A DNA stretch of 36,697 nt, taken from Synergistales bacterium. GTDB lineage: Bacteria > Synergistota > Synergistia > Synergistales > Thermovirgaceae. Location: positions 1 through 36,697 of the forward strand of contig JAHDOX010000038.1 of NCBI GenBank assembly GCA_018434645.1. The letters run 5' to 3'. Of the stretch, positions 19,819 to 28,098 are shown in pieces. The translations under genes and the position numbers were made by a program. Numbering within the stretch: the first letter of the stretch is position 1; every line of letters begins with the position of its first letter. The notes beneath the pieces are model-generated. The model saw only the letters and a program-made list of their open reading frames with translations, did not search any database and was not told the DNA's origin.

Positions 19819-20829
19819 ATGGTGAAAGATACTTCCAGCGCTGTTCTGGCAGGGGATGTAGGCGGAACAAAGACGAACCTCGCCATTTTCGACCTTTCAA
19901 GCTTCCCGGGACCGCCCATTGCGGAGGCCACGTTCCGGAGCAGGGATTACCATGGAGTGGACGACATCCTTGGGGAATTTCTGTCGCGCCTGGATTTTAA
20001 GGTAGAGCGCGGGGCGCTCGGGGTAGCGGGTCCGGTGTTAAGCGGCAGGGCGAAGGTTACGAATCTTCCCTGGATCGTGGACGAGCGTGACCTCATGGAA
20101 AGACTGGGCCTGAAGTCTTTAAAACTTCTGAACGACCTTGTGGCCTTCGCTAATGCCGTGCCTGTTTTGGGTCCAAAAGACCTTTTGGTCCTGAACGAAG
20201 GCAGCCCCGATCCCAAGGGTACAAGGGCTGTTATCGCACCGGGTACCGGATTGGGGCAGGCCTTTTTGACCTGGTGTCCTGAAGGTTGTCGGGCCTATCC
20301 GTCGGAAGGAGGGCACGCCGATTTCGCTCCGAGGGGAAAACTACAGGTTAGCCTTCTCGAGTATCTGGGAAAAAGCAGGGAACATGTCAGCTACGAACAC
20401 GTCGCTTCCGGGAACGGGCTTCTGGAAATCTACAGGTTCCTCAAGGAATCGGGTTATTCCGAGCCCCCCTGGCTGCGCGATGAAATTGTCGCCTTGGAGG
20501 ATCCGGTTCCCCTGATCCTGAAACATGCCGCCGGTGACGGACCTGCCTGTTCCATCTGTGAGAAGACCCTTTCCGTCTTTCTCTCGGTCTTCGGCGCAGC
20601 CGCGGGGAATGTGGCGCTCCATTTCATGGCAACAGGTGGCGTTTACCTGGGTGGAGGCATTCCTCCAAGGATAACCGGCGCGCTGCAGGGCGCGGATTTC
20701 AGGAAGGCGTTTGGTACAAAAGGCAGGTTCTCGGGCCTCGTGGAGGATATACCCCTTTACGTGATAATGAACCCTCGATCGGCCCTTTTGGGTGCTGCCC
20801 GGTATGTATCCCTTGCCGGACTATTGTAG
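19819..20829 (+). CDS. glk: Glucokinase (E. coli Glk type)
   Basis: GDVGGTK, AGPV, LLND, APGTGLG, SEGGH and GGVYLGGGI motifs. Confidence 0.93.
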   Translation: MVKDTSSAVLAGDVGGTKTNLAIFDLSSFPGPPIAEATFRSRDYHGVDDILGEFLSRLDFKVERGALGVAGPVLSGRAKVTNLPWIVDERDLMERLGLKSLKLLNDLVAFANAVPVLGPKDLLVLNEGSPDPKGTRAVIAPGTGLGQAFLTWCPEGCRAYPSEGGHADFAPRGKLQVSLLEYLGKSREHVSYEHVASGNGLLEIYRFLKESGYSEPPWLRDEIVALEDPVPLILKHAAGDGPACSICEKTLSVFLSVFGAAAGNVALHFMATGGVYLGGGIPPRITGALQGADFRKAFGTKGRFSGLVEDIPLYVIMNPRSALLGAARYVSLAGLL

Positions 20830-20862
20830 TTTCGTTGCCTTTGTAGCTGCTCAGGGTCAAAT

Positions 20863-20904
20863 GAAAGGGGAGCCCTCAAAAAATACATGCGGGCTCCCTT
20901 TCGT
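20863..20904. terminator. Bidirectional terminator between convergent glk and aminotransferase genes
   Basis: Inverted repeat gaaaggggagccc...gggctccctttc. Confidence 0.7.
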
Positions 20905-20924
20905 GACTTTGTTCAAACACATGC

Positions 20925-22130
20925 TCAGGCGAATTCGCGGATCGCTTCGCCGAGCCTCTTTATTCCCTCCTTCGTATCTTCCGGAGATGCGAAGGTAAAG
21001 CACATCCTGAAATTGTGCTTCCCGCCCCCGTTCGGGTAGAAGGGTTCGCCCAGGACGAAGGCGACTTTTTTCTCGATGGCCTTGTCGAAAAGATCCCTGG
21101 CCGGGATGTTGGGTGTCTCGATCCAGTAGAAGAAACCGCCCTTGGGGGTTTGGTACTTGACCTGGTCTTTGGGCAGATAAGTTTTAAAGGCTTCTTCCAT
21201 GGCGTCGCGTTTATCGCGGTAGTGGTCGATTATTTTGGGTAAAAAGGCGTCAAGATACCCCAGTCGGCAGTATTCGTAGACCATGGCCTGGGCGACGACG
21301 CTGGTGCAGACGTCAACTCCCTGTTTGAAGACGGTCATCTTCCTTATCAGTTCCCGTTTCCCGACGCACCATGCGACTCTGGTCCCCGGGGCGAGGATCT
21401 TGGAGAAGCTGCTTGCGAAAACGACTCGTCCACTTTTGTCCATGGAAAAGATCGGTGGCAGGTCTTCTCCGTCGAAGCGAACGTAACCGTACGGGTCGTC
21501 TTCGAGGATTACTAGATTGTGTTCTTCGGCGATTTCAAGGAGCTTTTTCCTGCGTTCCACGGAAAGGTCGCAGCCAAGGGGATTGTGGAAGTTTACGATG
21601 GTGTAGACGAACTTGATCTTCTTGCCCTGTTTCTTTGCCTTGTCGATTATTTCCGGAAGAAGCTCCACCTTCATGCCGTCTTTGTCGCAGGGAACGGTGA
21701 GAAACTCGGCCCCGTGGTTATACATGGTGAGCGTGGCGCCAACGAAAGTAGGTTCCTCGCAGATGACGCAGTCCCCCTTGTCCAGCAGTGCCCAGCAAAG
21801 AAGGTCGATGACCTGCGTGGAACCGGTGGTGATGAGCATCTCGTCCAGTTCGGGCTTTCGCCCCATTCTGGGAGCTGTCCATTCGCACAGGAACTCCTTG
21901 AGAGGCTGGTAGCCCTCAGTGGTTCCGTACTGCAGGACATCCTTGCCTTCCCGGTCGAATATGCCTGCCGCCTCCTTGAACTGGCCTATCGGGAATATCT
22001 CCGGGTCGGGCATTCCCCCGGCAAAGGAGATCATCCCCGGCTGGCGGATAACGTGAAGCATATCACGAATCGGAGAAGGCTTCACTTTGCGGCTTGCCTC
22101 ACTGTAAATCGAGTCCAGAAACGAGCTCAA
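20925..22130 (-). CDS. PLP-dependent class I/II aminotransferase (LysN/ARO8-like)
   Basis: SPIR, ISFAGGMPDP, NFHNPLG, EDDPYG, SFSKILAPG and GGFF motifs; probable TTG start after GGGAGG. Confidence 0.92.
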   Translation of the reverse strand: MSSFLDSIYSEASRKVKPSPIRDMLHVIRQPGMISFAGGMPDPEIFPIGQFKEAAGIFDREGKDVLQYGTTEGYQPLKEFLCEWTAPRMGRKPELDEMLITTGSTQVIDLLCWALLDKGDCVICEEPTFVGATLTMYNHGAEFLTVPCDKDGMKVELLPEIIDKAKKQGKKIKFVYTIVNFHNPLGCDLSVERRKKLLEIAEEHNLVILEDDPYGYVRFDGEDLPPIFSMDKSGRVVFASSFSKILAPGTRVAWCVGKRELIRKMTVFKQGVDVCTSVVAQAMVYEYCRLGYLDAFLPKIIDHYRDKRDAMEEAFKTYLPKDQVKYQTPKGGFFYWIETPNIPARDLFDKAIEKKVAFVLGEPFYPNGGGKHNFRMCFTFASPEDTKEGIKRLGEAIREFA

Positions 22131-22236
22131 AACACATCCCTCCCACATTAAGGTTTCTCGGCTTTTGCTCTTCTAAGGCTTTTGGCTCTGTTTGTTTTAC
22201 AGACAGCACATCAAGTGCGCCGCCCTTTAAAGCTAT

Positions 22237-22875
22237 CTATTGGTCCCCAACCAGGGCTTCCGTTTCGTTCCTTATGCGCGTTAATCGCCTTTCGGTAGGC
22301 GGGTGCGAGTTGAATCCGTTAGGTGAGGTAGCGTAACCAGCTTCTTTCATCCTCAGCATGGAGTTGTAAAGGCCCCACGGATCGTACCCTGCCATGGCAG
22401 CAAGACGGATGCCGTTAACGTCCGCCTCGATCTCCTGTTCCCTGCTGAATCCGGCTTCGGCCAGCGCCAAGCCGACGCCGTAAGCACCCTTGACCAGATC
22501 GCTCTCGTCTTCTATAGCTGATTTGTAAAGCAGGTACCACAAGAGGCTCCGACCCATCATCTGGTTGAAATGGCCGCTTTTTATGTGCCCTATTTCGTGG
22601 GCCAGAATGCCCGCCAGTTCGTCGCTGGTTTTCAATATTTCGAGCAGCCCGGTAGTTACATGAACGGAGTATTTGTTGAGCTGGAACGAAACCCAGGCGT
22701 TTGGTTCTTTCCTCTTTTCTATATGGACCGGTCCGGGGTTCGAAATACCGGCGGTACTAGTCAGCCTTTCCCATACGACTGGAACCACGGACTCGCTGAG
22801 GGCGGCATCCGCGGGAGCGAAAGAAACGACTGTAACCAATGTCAGAAAAACTGCTAACATAAAGGGCTTTTTCAT
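22237..22875 (-). CDS. M48 family Zn-metallopeptidase, exported
   Basis: Signal peptide, PNAW, AHEIGH, FSREQEIEAD and SHPPTERR motifs. Confidence 0.92.
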   Translation of the reverse strand: MKKPFMLAVFLTLVTVVSFAPADAALSESVVPVVWERLTSTAGISNPGPVHIEKRKEPNAWVSFQLNKYSVHVTTGLLEILKTSDELAGILAHEIGHIKSGHFNQMMGRSLLWYLLYKSAIEDESDLVKGAYGVGLALAEAGFSREQEIEADVNGIRLAAMAGYDPWGLYNSMLRMKEAGYATSPNGFNSHPPTERRLTRIRNETEALVGDQ

Positions 22876-23003
22876 GGGGTCATCCCCCCTTTTCCCGTTT
22901 TCAATCATATTATACCAACTTTCCCCTTCAGGTATCCGCCGAAACCACTGTTTTAGTTTTTTTATAAAGGCAACCGGAGTAGTGGGGCACGCCAGGTCTC
23001 GGG

Positions 23004-23032
23004 TTGACTGCAGTGTTCGGGTGTGATATACA
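23004..23032 (+). promoter_or_regulatory. Sigma70-type promoter of the serine operon leader
   Basis: TTGACT (23004-23009), 17-nt spacer ending in TGn, TATACA (23027-23032). Confidence 0.65.
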
Positions 23033-23067
23033 TATCGCAACATTTTTTCAGAGGGTGGCACCGTGCG

Positions 23068-23193
23068 ATGATTGAAGTCAGGCAGCTTCTCAGACTCGAC
23101 CGCGGTATGTCCGGTTCCGGGTTTTGCTCTTCCGGTTGTTCCGGAAGGGCATGTGCCGTTATGGAGTCCGGCTCCGCACCACCCTGGGCGTAA
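23068..23193 (+). CDS. Putative serine-operon attenuation leader peptide, 41 aa (MIEVRQLLRLDRGMSGSGFCSSGCSGRACAVMESGSAPPWA)
   Basis: GAGGGTG RBS (23051-23057), ATG 23068, TAA 23191-23193; 7 Ser, 6 Gly, 3 Cys; lies between the promoter and an intrinsic terminator ahead of the ser genes. Confidence 0.75.
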   Translation: MIEVRQLLRLDRGMSGSGFCSSGCSGRACAVMESGSAPPWA

Positions 23194-23222
23194 AGCACCC
23201 TTGTTTTAACCAGTAGAACCAG

Positions 23223-23258
23223 GAGGGGACCGGACCAGTTCCGGTCCCCTCTTTTTTT
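23223..23258 (+). terminator. Intrinsic terminator (attenuator) in the 5' leader of the serine operon
   Basis: Perfect 12-bp stem gaggggaccgga/tccggtcccctc, 5-nt loop, T7 tract; 100 nt upstream of the first structural gene. Confidence 0.9.
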
Positions 23259-23358
23259 GATGTGTGACCTCCAGGGCACGCATCAAATCAGAAGGCAACG
23301 TCTTTGGTTTTTTACATGCGCCCTGTAAGGGCGTGCTCTCGGAGGGAGGTTCCATTAT

Positions 23359-24525
23359 ATGACGAGGTACCTTTTTACGCCTGGCCCGGTACCGCTTGAT
23401 GGCAGGGTGTCGTCGGTGATGGCGGAACCTGTTGCAGGTCACAGGAGCAGAGAGTTTGCCGTGTTGCTTTTGAGGGTCCAAAACAGACTAAGAGACCTTT
23501 TGCGCTCCGCAGAGCCGGTGCCCCTTATACCCGGTTCCGGAACGGGGGCTATGGAAGCGTTGGCGGTAAATTTTACAGGCCCCGGCAGCAAGGTGATTTC
23601 CGTTTCATGCGGGGTCTTCGGCGAACGGTTCCGGGAAATAGCGCGAAGGTGCGGGGCGGAGGTGGCTCCCTTTGACATAGAACCAGGCAGGCCCTGCCTT
23701 CCCGAGGACGTGCTCGAAGCCTGCAGGATCCATCCCGACGCGGATGTGCTTCTTCTAACCCACAATGAGACCTCGACGGGGGTTTGCAACCCTCTGGAAG
23801 AGATTTGCCGGGCCTTGCCGAAGGAGCGGCCACTGATCCTTGTGGATGCTGTGAGCTCCCTCGGGGTAGTGCCGCTTTACCCTGAAAAATGGGGTGTCGA
23901 CGCCTTGGCGTCTTGCTCGCAGAAAGGCCTTATGGCGCCGCCCGGGCTGGGTATCTGTTGGTTGTCGCCACGGGCGCGCGAGGTCCTTTCGAAAGGGCGG
24001 GAAGCCCCTACTGTCTTTTTCGACTTAAAGGCCTTTTTGTCGGGGTTAGAAAGGGAGGAGCCTTCGGTTCCATACACGCCGCCGGTTACCGTAATCCGGG
24101 CTCTGGATGCGGCCCTCGACGGTATTTTGCAAGAAGGCAGCCGAAAACGCTTCACAGCGCGCAGGCGTTTCGCGCGCTCCCTGGCGGCAGGAATGGAAAG
24201 CATGGGTCTTAAACTATTCGTAGAACAAAAAGAGCACAGATCACCCGGCGTGACGGCGGTGGAAATTCCTGAAAACCGCGCGGAGGACGTAAGGAAGGCA
24301 CTTTCGGATATAGGGCTTGAGACGGCGGGCGGCCAGGGCAAGCTCAAAGGCCGCATTTTCCGTGTAGGCCATTTTACACGGGAAGACTGGCCGGAGATTT
24401 GCCTGATTTTGGGGTCCCTCTGGGCGGCCTGTCGCGAGGCGGGTATAAGTCTGAGAGAGCCTGATTTGAAAAATATCCGCGAGGTTTACGAAAGGGAGGA
24501 TGTGCCATGTGGGAAATCCTTGTAA
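23359..24525 (+). CDS. Class V PLP aminotransferase (alanine-glyoxylate/serine-pyruvate family; probable phosphoserine aminotransferase by context)
   Basis: FTPGP, GSGTGAME, HNETSTG, VDAVSS, SQKG and FRVGH motifs; overlaps the serA start. Confidence 0.88.
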   Translation: MTRYLFTPGPVPLDGRVSSVMAEPVAGHRSREFAVLLLRVQNRLRDLLRSAEPVPLIPGSGTGAMEALAVNFTGPGSKVISVSCGVFGERFREIARRCGAEVAPFDIEPGRPCLPEDVLEACRIHPDADVLLLTHNETSTGVCNPLEEICRALPKERPLILVDAVSSLGVVPLYPEKWGVDALASCSQKGLMAPPGLGICWLSPRAREVLSKGREAPTVFFDLKAFLSGLEREEPSVPYTPPVTVIRALDAALDGILQEGSRKRFTARRRFARSLAAGMESMGLKLFVEQKEHRSPGVTAVEIPENRAEDVRKALSDIGLETAGGQGKLKGRIFRVGHFTREDWPEICLILGSLWAACREAGISLREPDLKNIREVYEREDVPCGKSL

Positions 24526-26141
24526 CGGAGGCGGTCCATGAGGCGGGGCTCAAGATCCTTTCTTCCGATCCCGAGGTCAACCTTACACAGCGGCTCGGGA
24601 TGTCGAGAAAGGAGCTACTCGAAGCGGTTAAAAACGTCCACGCCATGGTCACGAGGAGTGGCACTCCCCTGGACAGGGAGGTATTGGCAGCGGGGGAAAA
24701 CCTCAAGGTAGTGGCCAGGGCAGGTGTCGGGGTGGACAATATCGATTTGCCCGAAGCGAGCAGACGTGGCATAGTAGTCATCAACGCGCCCACGGGGAAC
24801 ACCCTGGCCGCGACGGAGCACACCTTCGCCGTTATGCTTTCCGTATGCAGAAAGCTCCCGCAGGCATACCAGTCCCTGATCGACGGACGGTGGGAGAGAA
24901 AACGTTTCACCGGGATCCAGCTTTCGGGCAAAACCCTGCTCGTGGTAGGGCTGGGCAGGATCGGAGGCCGTGTGGCCTCGCGCGCCAAAGCCTTCGGAAT
25001 GACCGTTTACGCCTATGACCCCTATGTCTCGTCAAGACGAGCCGAAGATCTTGGCGTCCGGCTCATGCCGGATCTGGCCGGAGCGTTGGTTCTTGCGGAC
25101 GTCGTGACCCTCCACACCCCGATGACGGAGGAAACAACGCTCATGATCGATGAAAAAATGCTTCGAGCCTGTAAGAAGGGTGCGATTCTGATCAATTGCG
25201 CGCGGGGCCGCCTCGTGGACGAAAAAGCCTGCGTAGAGGCCCTCCGGGAAGGACGGCTTGCGGGAGCCGGGTTCGACGTCTTTTCGTCGGAGCCGCCAGA
25301 AGACAACCCGCTTTTTGCCGAAGACCTGAGAGAACGGGTCGTCCTTACGCCCCATATCGGAGCCAACACCAGGGAAGCCCAATCGGCCGTTTCCGAGATC
25401 GCCGCTTCCAACCTCCTGGCGGCCCTCAAGGGGGAGCCTTACGAGCATGCGGTAAACCTTCCCTTTATGGAGCACCGCCTTTCACCCCCGAAGCGTCTCT
25501 TTTTGTCCCTTTCACGAAAGGTTGGGGCCTTTGCTGCCTCCATTCTCGACGGGGCCCCCGAACGGATGACCCTCCGCATGAAAGGCGACCTTTTCGAGGA
25601 TGAAGGAATCCTGTGCTTCGAAAACCCCTACCGCTATTCCGCCTTTACCGTGGCTGCCCTTAAAGGTGTTCTGGAGGTCCATCACGGTCCGGAGACAAGT
25701 TACATGGCCGCTCCCCTTTTGGCCAAGGAACGTGGATTTCGCGTGGAAGAGGGCAAAGGTTCCTCTTCGACATATCGCAACGTGATAGAGCTCGAGCTTG
25801 CAGGGGAGAGGAAGACGATACAGGTTATCGCCACCGTTACCGAGGAGGGCAGGCACCGAATCGTCAACGTCGGCGGGTACTGGATCGACTGCGTGCCCGA
25901 AGGCAACCTGATCGTCTTCCAGAATCACGACAGGCCCGGCGTAATCGGAAAGGTAGGCTCCCTTCTCGGTGAACTGAATATCAATATCGCCAATTTCGCC
26001 CTTGGCAGAAAAAACGGCAGCGGCCTTGCCCTGGGAGTGCTGCAGGTAGACAGCGAAGTGGATTGTGTCGTTCTCGAGAGGCTCAGGTCGGTGGCCGACC
26101 TTTTGTGGGCCGAGTCGGTACGACTGGAGGAAGGGCTTTAA
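24507..26141 (+). CDS. serA: D-3-phosphoglycerate dehydrogenase (long form with ASB and ACT domains)
   Basis: RAGVGVDNID, GLGRIG, NCARG, TPHIGA and a C-terminal DRPGVIG...NIA ACT domain. Confidence 0.96.
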   Translation: MWEILVTEAVHEAGLKILSSDPEVNLTQRLGMSRKELLEAVKNVHAMVTRSGTPLDREVLAAGENLKVVARAGVGVDNIDLPEASRRGIVVINAPTGNTLAATEHTFAVMLSVCRKLPQAYQSLIDGRWERKRFTGIQLSGKTLLVVGLGRIGGRVASRAKAFGMTVYAYDPYVSSRRAEDLGVRLMPDLAGALVLADVVTLHTPMTEETTLMIDEKMLRACKKGAILINCARGRLVDEKACVEALREGRLAGAGFDVFSSEPPEDNPLFAEDLRERVVLTPHIGANTREAQSAVSEIAASNLLAALKGEPYEHAVNLPFMEHRLSPPKRLFLSLSRKVGAFAASILDGAPERMTLRMKGDLFEDEGILCFENPYRYSAFTVAALKGVLEVHHGPETSYMAAPLLAKERGFRVEEGKGSSSTYRNVIELELAGERKTIQVIATVTEEGRHRIVNVGGYWIDCVPEGNLIVFQNHDRPGVIGKVGSLLGELNINIANFALGRKNGSGLALGVLQVDSEVDCVVLERLRSVADLLWAESVRLEEGL

Positions 26142-26143
26142 AC

Positions 26144-26776
26144 ATGCGAGTTTTCCTGATACGCCACGGGCGGACTGCATGGAACGCAAGGGGTCTCTTC
26201 CAGGGTACTAAAGATATTCCCCTCGATAAAACCGGGCTCTTTCAGGCGGAGGCCATGGCGAAAAAGGCCGCGCAGATACCCTTTGACGCCGTCTGGTCGA
26301 GCCCCCTCTTGCGGGCGCTTGAAACAGCCCGGGTTCTCGCAGGTAAAAAGGGCCTAAAAGTGCGGGTTCACGGAGGGCTTCGCGAGATAGAACACGGGGA
26401 ATGGGAAGGTCTCGACGCAAAGACCGTCGCTGGTCGCTGGCCTGGGCTTTTGGGTCTCTGGCACGAACGGCCCGATGAAGTCGTTATGCCGGGAGGAGAA
26501 TCCCTCGAAGACGTAAGGGCCAGGGCGCTTGAAGCCATGGAAGTGGTATTCGGCGAAGGCAGGGAGTCGGTGGCGGTGGTCAGCCACGACGCCGTGATCA
26601 AGGTGCTCCTTTGCGCCTGGCTGGGACTTTCCCTTGGTGCGTTCTGGCGTTTCGACATCGGCAACGGGTCGATAACGGGGGTCGAAAAAACAGAAGCAGG
26701 ATTCCGGCTCTTTTTGTTGGGTGATTTGTCCTGGTCGAACACTCCCTACGAAAGGGAAAGGCAGACCTCCCTTTGA
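26144..26776 (+). CDS. Histidine phosphatase family protein; probable metal-independent phosphoserine phosphatase (PspA type)
   Basis: RHG, SSPLLRA, REIEHGEWEG and VSHD motifs; directly after serA. Confidence 0.85.
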   Translation: MRVFLIRHGRTAWNARGLFQGTKDIPLDKTGLFQAEAMAKKAAQIPFDAVWSSPLLRALETARVLAGKKGLKVRVHGGLREIEHGEWEGLDAKTVAGRWPGLLGLWHERPDEVVMPGGESLEDVRARALEAMEVVFGEGRESVAVVSHDAVIKVLLCAWLGLSLGAFWRFDIGNGSITGVEKTEAGFRLFLLGDLSWSNTPYERERQTSL

Positions 26777-26864
26777 TGCAAAAGTGGACAAGACCGGATG
26801 CCGGGGTGTATGGTCAAAAAAATGAACCCGGCAAAAAGCCGTATTCAGGGAGGTGCCAGACAAT

Positions 26865-28079
26865 ATGACGCGATCGAGGCTGGAAGTGCTCAAATCGCTT
26901 GCCGTGGAAAATCAGACGAAAATGATCCTGCTCGTTTTGGATGGGCTTGGCGGTCTGCCAGGAAAAGACGGGTTGACGGAGCTTGAGAAGGCCGTTACTC
27001 CCAACCTGGACGAACTGGCCGAAACGGGGGAAACAGGGCTGCTCGAAATAGTAGACACAGGCATAACGCCAGGAAGCGGTCCAGGGCATCTCGGGCTTTT
27101 CGGTTACGACCCTTTTGAGTTCTCCATTGGGAGGGGCATCCTCGAGGCCCTTGGCGTCGGCGCTGAAGTTTCGAAGGGTAACATTTGTGCCCGCGGGAAC
27201 TTCGCCACCTGGAACGGACAGGATGTCATCACCGACAGACGGGCCGGCCGAATAGATACCGAAACCAGCGGCGAACTGGTGAATAAACTCTCGGATTCGA
27301 TCAGTGAAATAGGGGGGGTAAGGGTGCGTTTCTACCCGGGACTGGAGCACCGTTTCGTGGTCGTTCTCTCGGGAGAAGGGCTTTCAGAAAATGTTTCCGA
27401 CGCAGACCCCCAGGTGGAAGGCAAACCGATGAAGTGGTCTGAAGCCACCGCTTCCGACGGAAAGAAAACCTCCGACGTCGTAAATACACTCATAAGGGAA
27501 GTCCGCAAGGTTCTTTCCGCTGAAAGCAGGGCCAACGGTTGTCTTTTGCGAGGGTTTTCGGGAGTCCCGGATATTCCGGGGATGAGGGATCTGTACAGGA
27601 TTCATCCGCTTGCCGTCGCTTCCTACCCCATGTACAGGGGGCTTGCCAGGCTGGTGGGCATGGATGTGTCCGAGCCTGCAAGGGACCTGAAGGACCTGGT
27701 GGAAATAGTAAAAGCCCAGTGGGACGCCCATGACTACTTTTTCGTTCACGTCAAGTACACCGACAGCAAAGGGGAAGACGGGGATTTCGACGCCAAGGTG
27801 GATGTTATAGAGCAGGTGGACCGCATTTTGCCGTCCCTGTTAGAGCTGTGCCCCGAGGTTATAGCCATAACCGGCGACCACAGCACGCCCGCCGTGCTTT
27901 CCGCCCACTCCTGGCACCCTTCGCCTCTGGTAATCAAAAGCTCCTGGGTGCGCCCGGACGGTAGCAAGACCTTTGGTGAAAGGGCGTGCGCCAACGGAAG
28001 CCTCGGGATCATGCCCGCGTCGAAACTCACGGGCCTGATGCTGGCTCACGCGCGACGCCTTTCGAAATACGGTGCCTGA
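26865..28079 (+). CDS. apgM: 2,3-bisphosphoglycerate-independent phosphoglycerate mutase (ApgM type)
   Basis: LDGLG, PGSGPGHL, DRRAGRI, HVKYTD...GED, GDHSTP and HSWHP motifs. Confidence 0.92.
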   Translation: MTRSRLEVLKSLAVENQTKMILLVLDGLGGLPGKDGLTELEKAVTPNLDELAETGETGLLEIVDTGITPGSGPGHLGLFGYDPFEFSIGRGILEALGVGAEVSKGNICARGNFATWNGQDVITDRRAGRIDTETSGELVNKLSDSISEIGGVRVRFYPGLEHRFVVVLSGEGLSENVSDADPQVEGKPMKWSEATASDGKKTSDVVNTLIREVRKVLSAESRANGCLLRGFSGVPDIPGMRDLYRIHPLAVASYPMYRGLARLVGMDVSEPARDLKDLVEIVKAQWDAHDYFFVHVKYTDSKGEDGDFDAKVDVIEQVDRILPSLLELCPEVIAITGDHSTPAVLSAHSWHPSPLVIKSSWVRPDGSKTFGERACANGSLGIMPASKLTGLMLAHARRLSKYGA

Positions 28080-28098
28080 AGGATTGCGAGGGAACGCA

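Noticed and set aside
22876-23061. N-terminal extension of the M48 peptidase given by the ORF track
   Set aside because: The signal peptide and RBS place the start at 22875, and the extension overlaps the divergent promoter region.
23068-23193. Cys/Ser/Gly-rich sORF as a RiPP precursor
   Set aside because: No radical SAM, YcaO, lanthipeptide or transporter genes are nearby. Its position between a promoter and a terminator upstream of serine genes fits attenuation better.
23035-23260. T-box riboswitch upstream of the serine operon
   Set aside because: No T-box consensus (GGTGGNACCGCG) lies just 5' of the terminator. The gggtggcaccgtg at 23053-23065 resembles one, but it is about 160 nt upstream of the terminator, leaves no room for Stem I after the promoter and overlaps the leader RBS. 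A degenerate T-box origin cannot be fully excluded.
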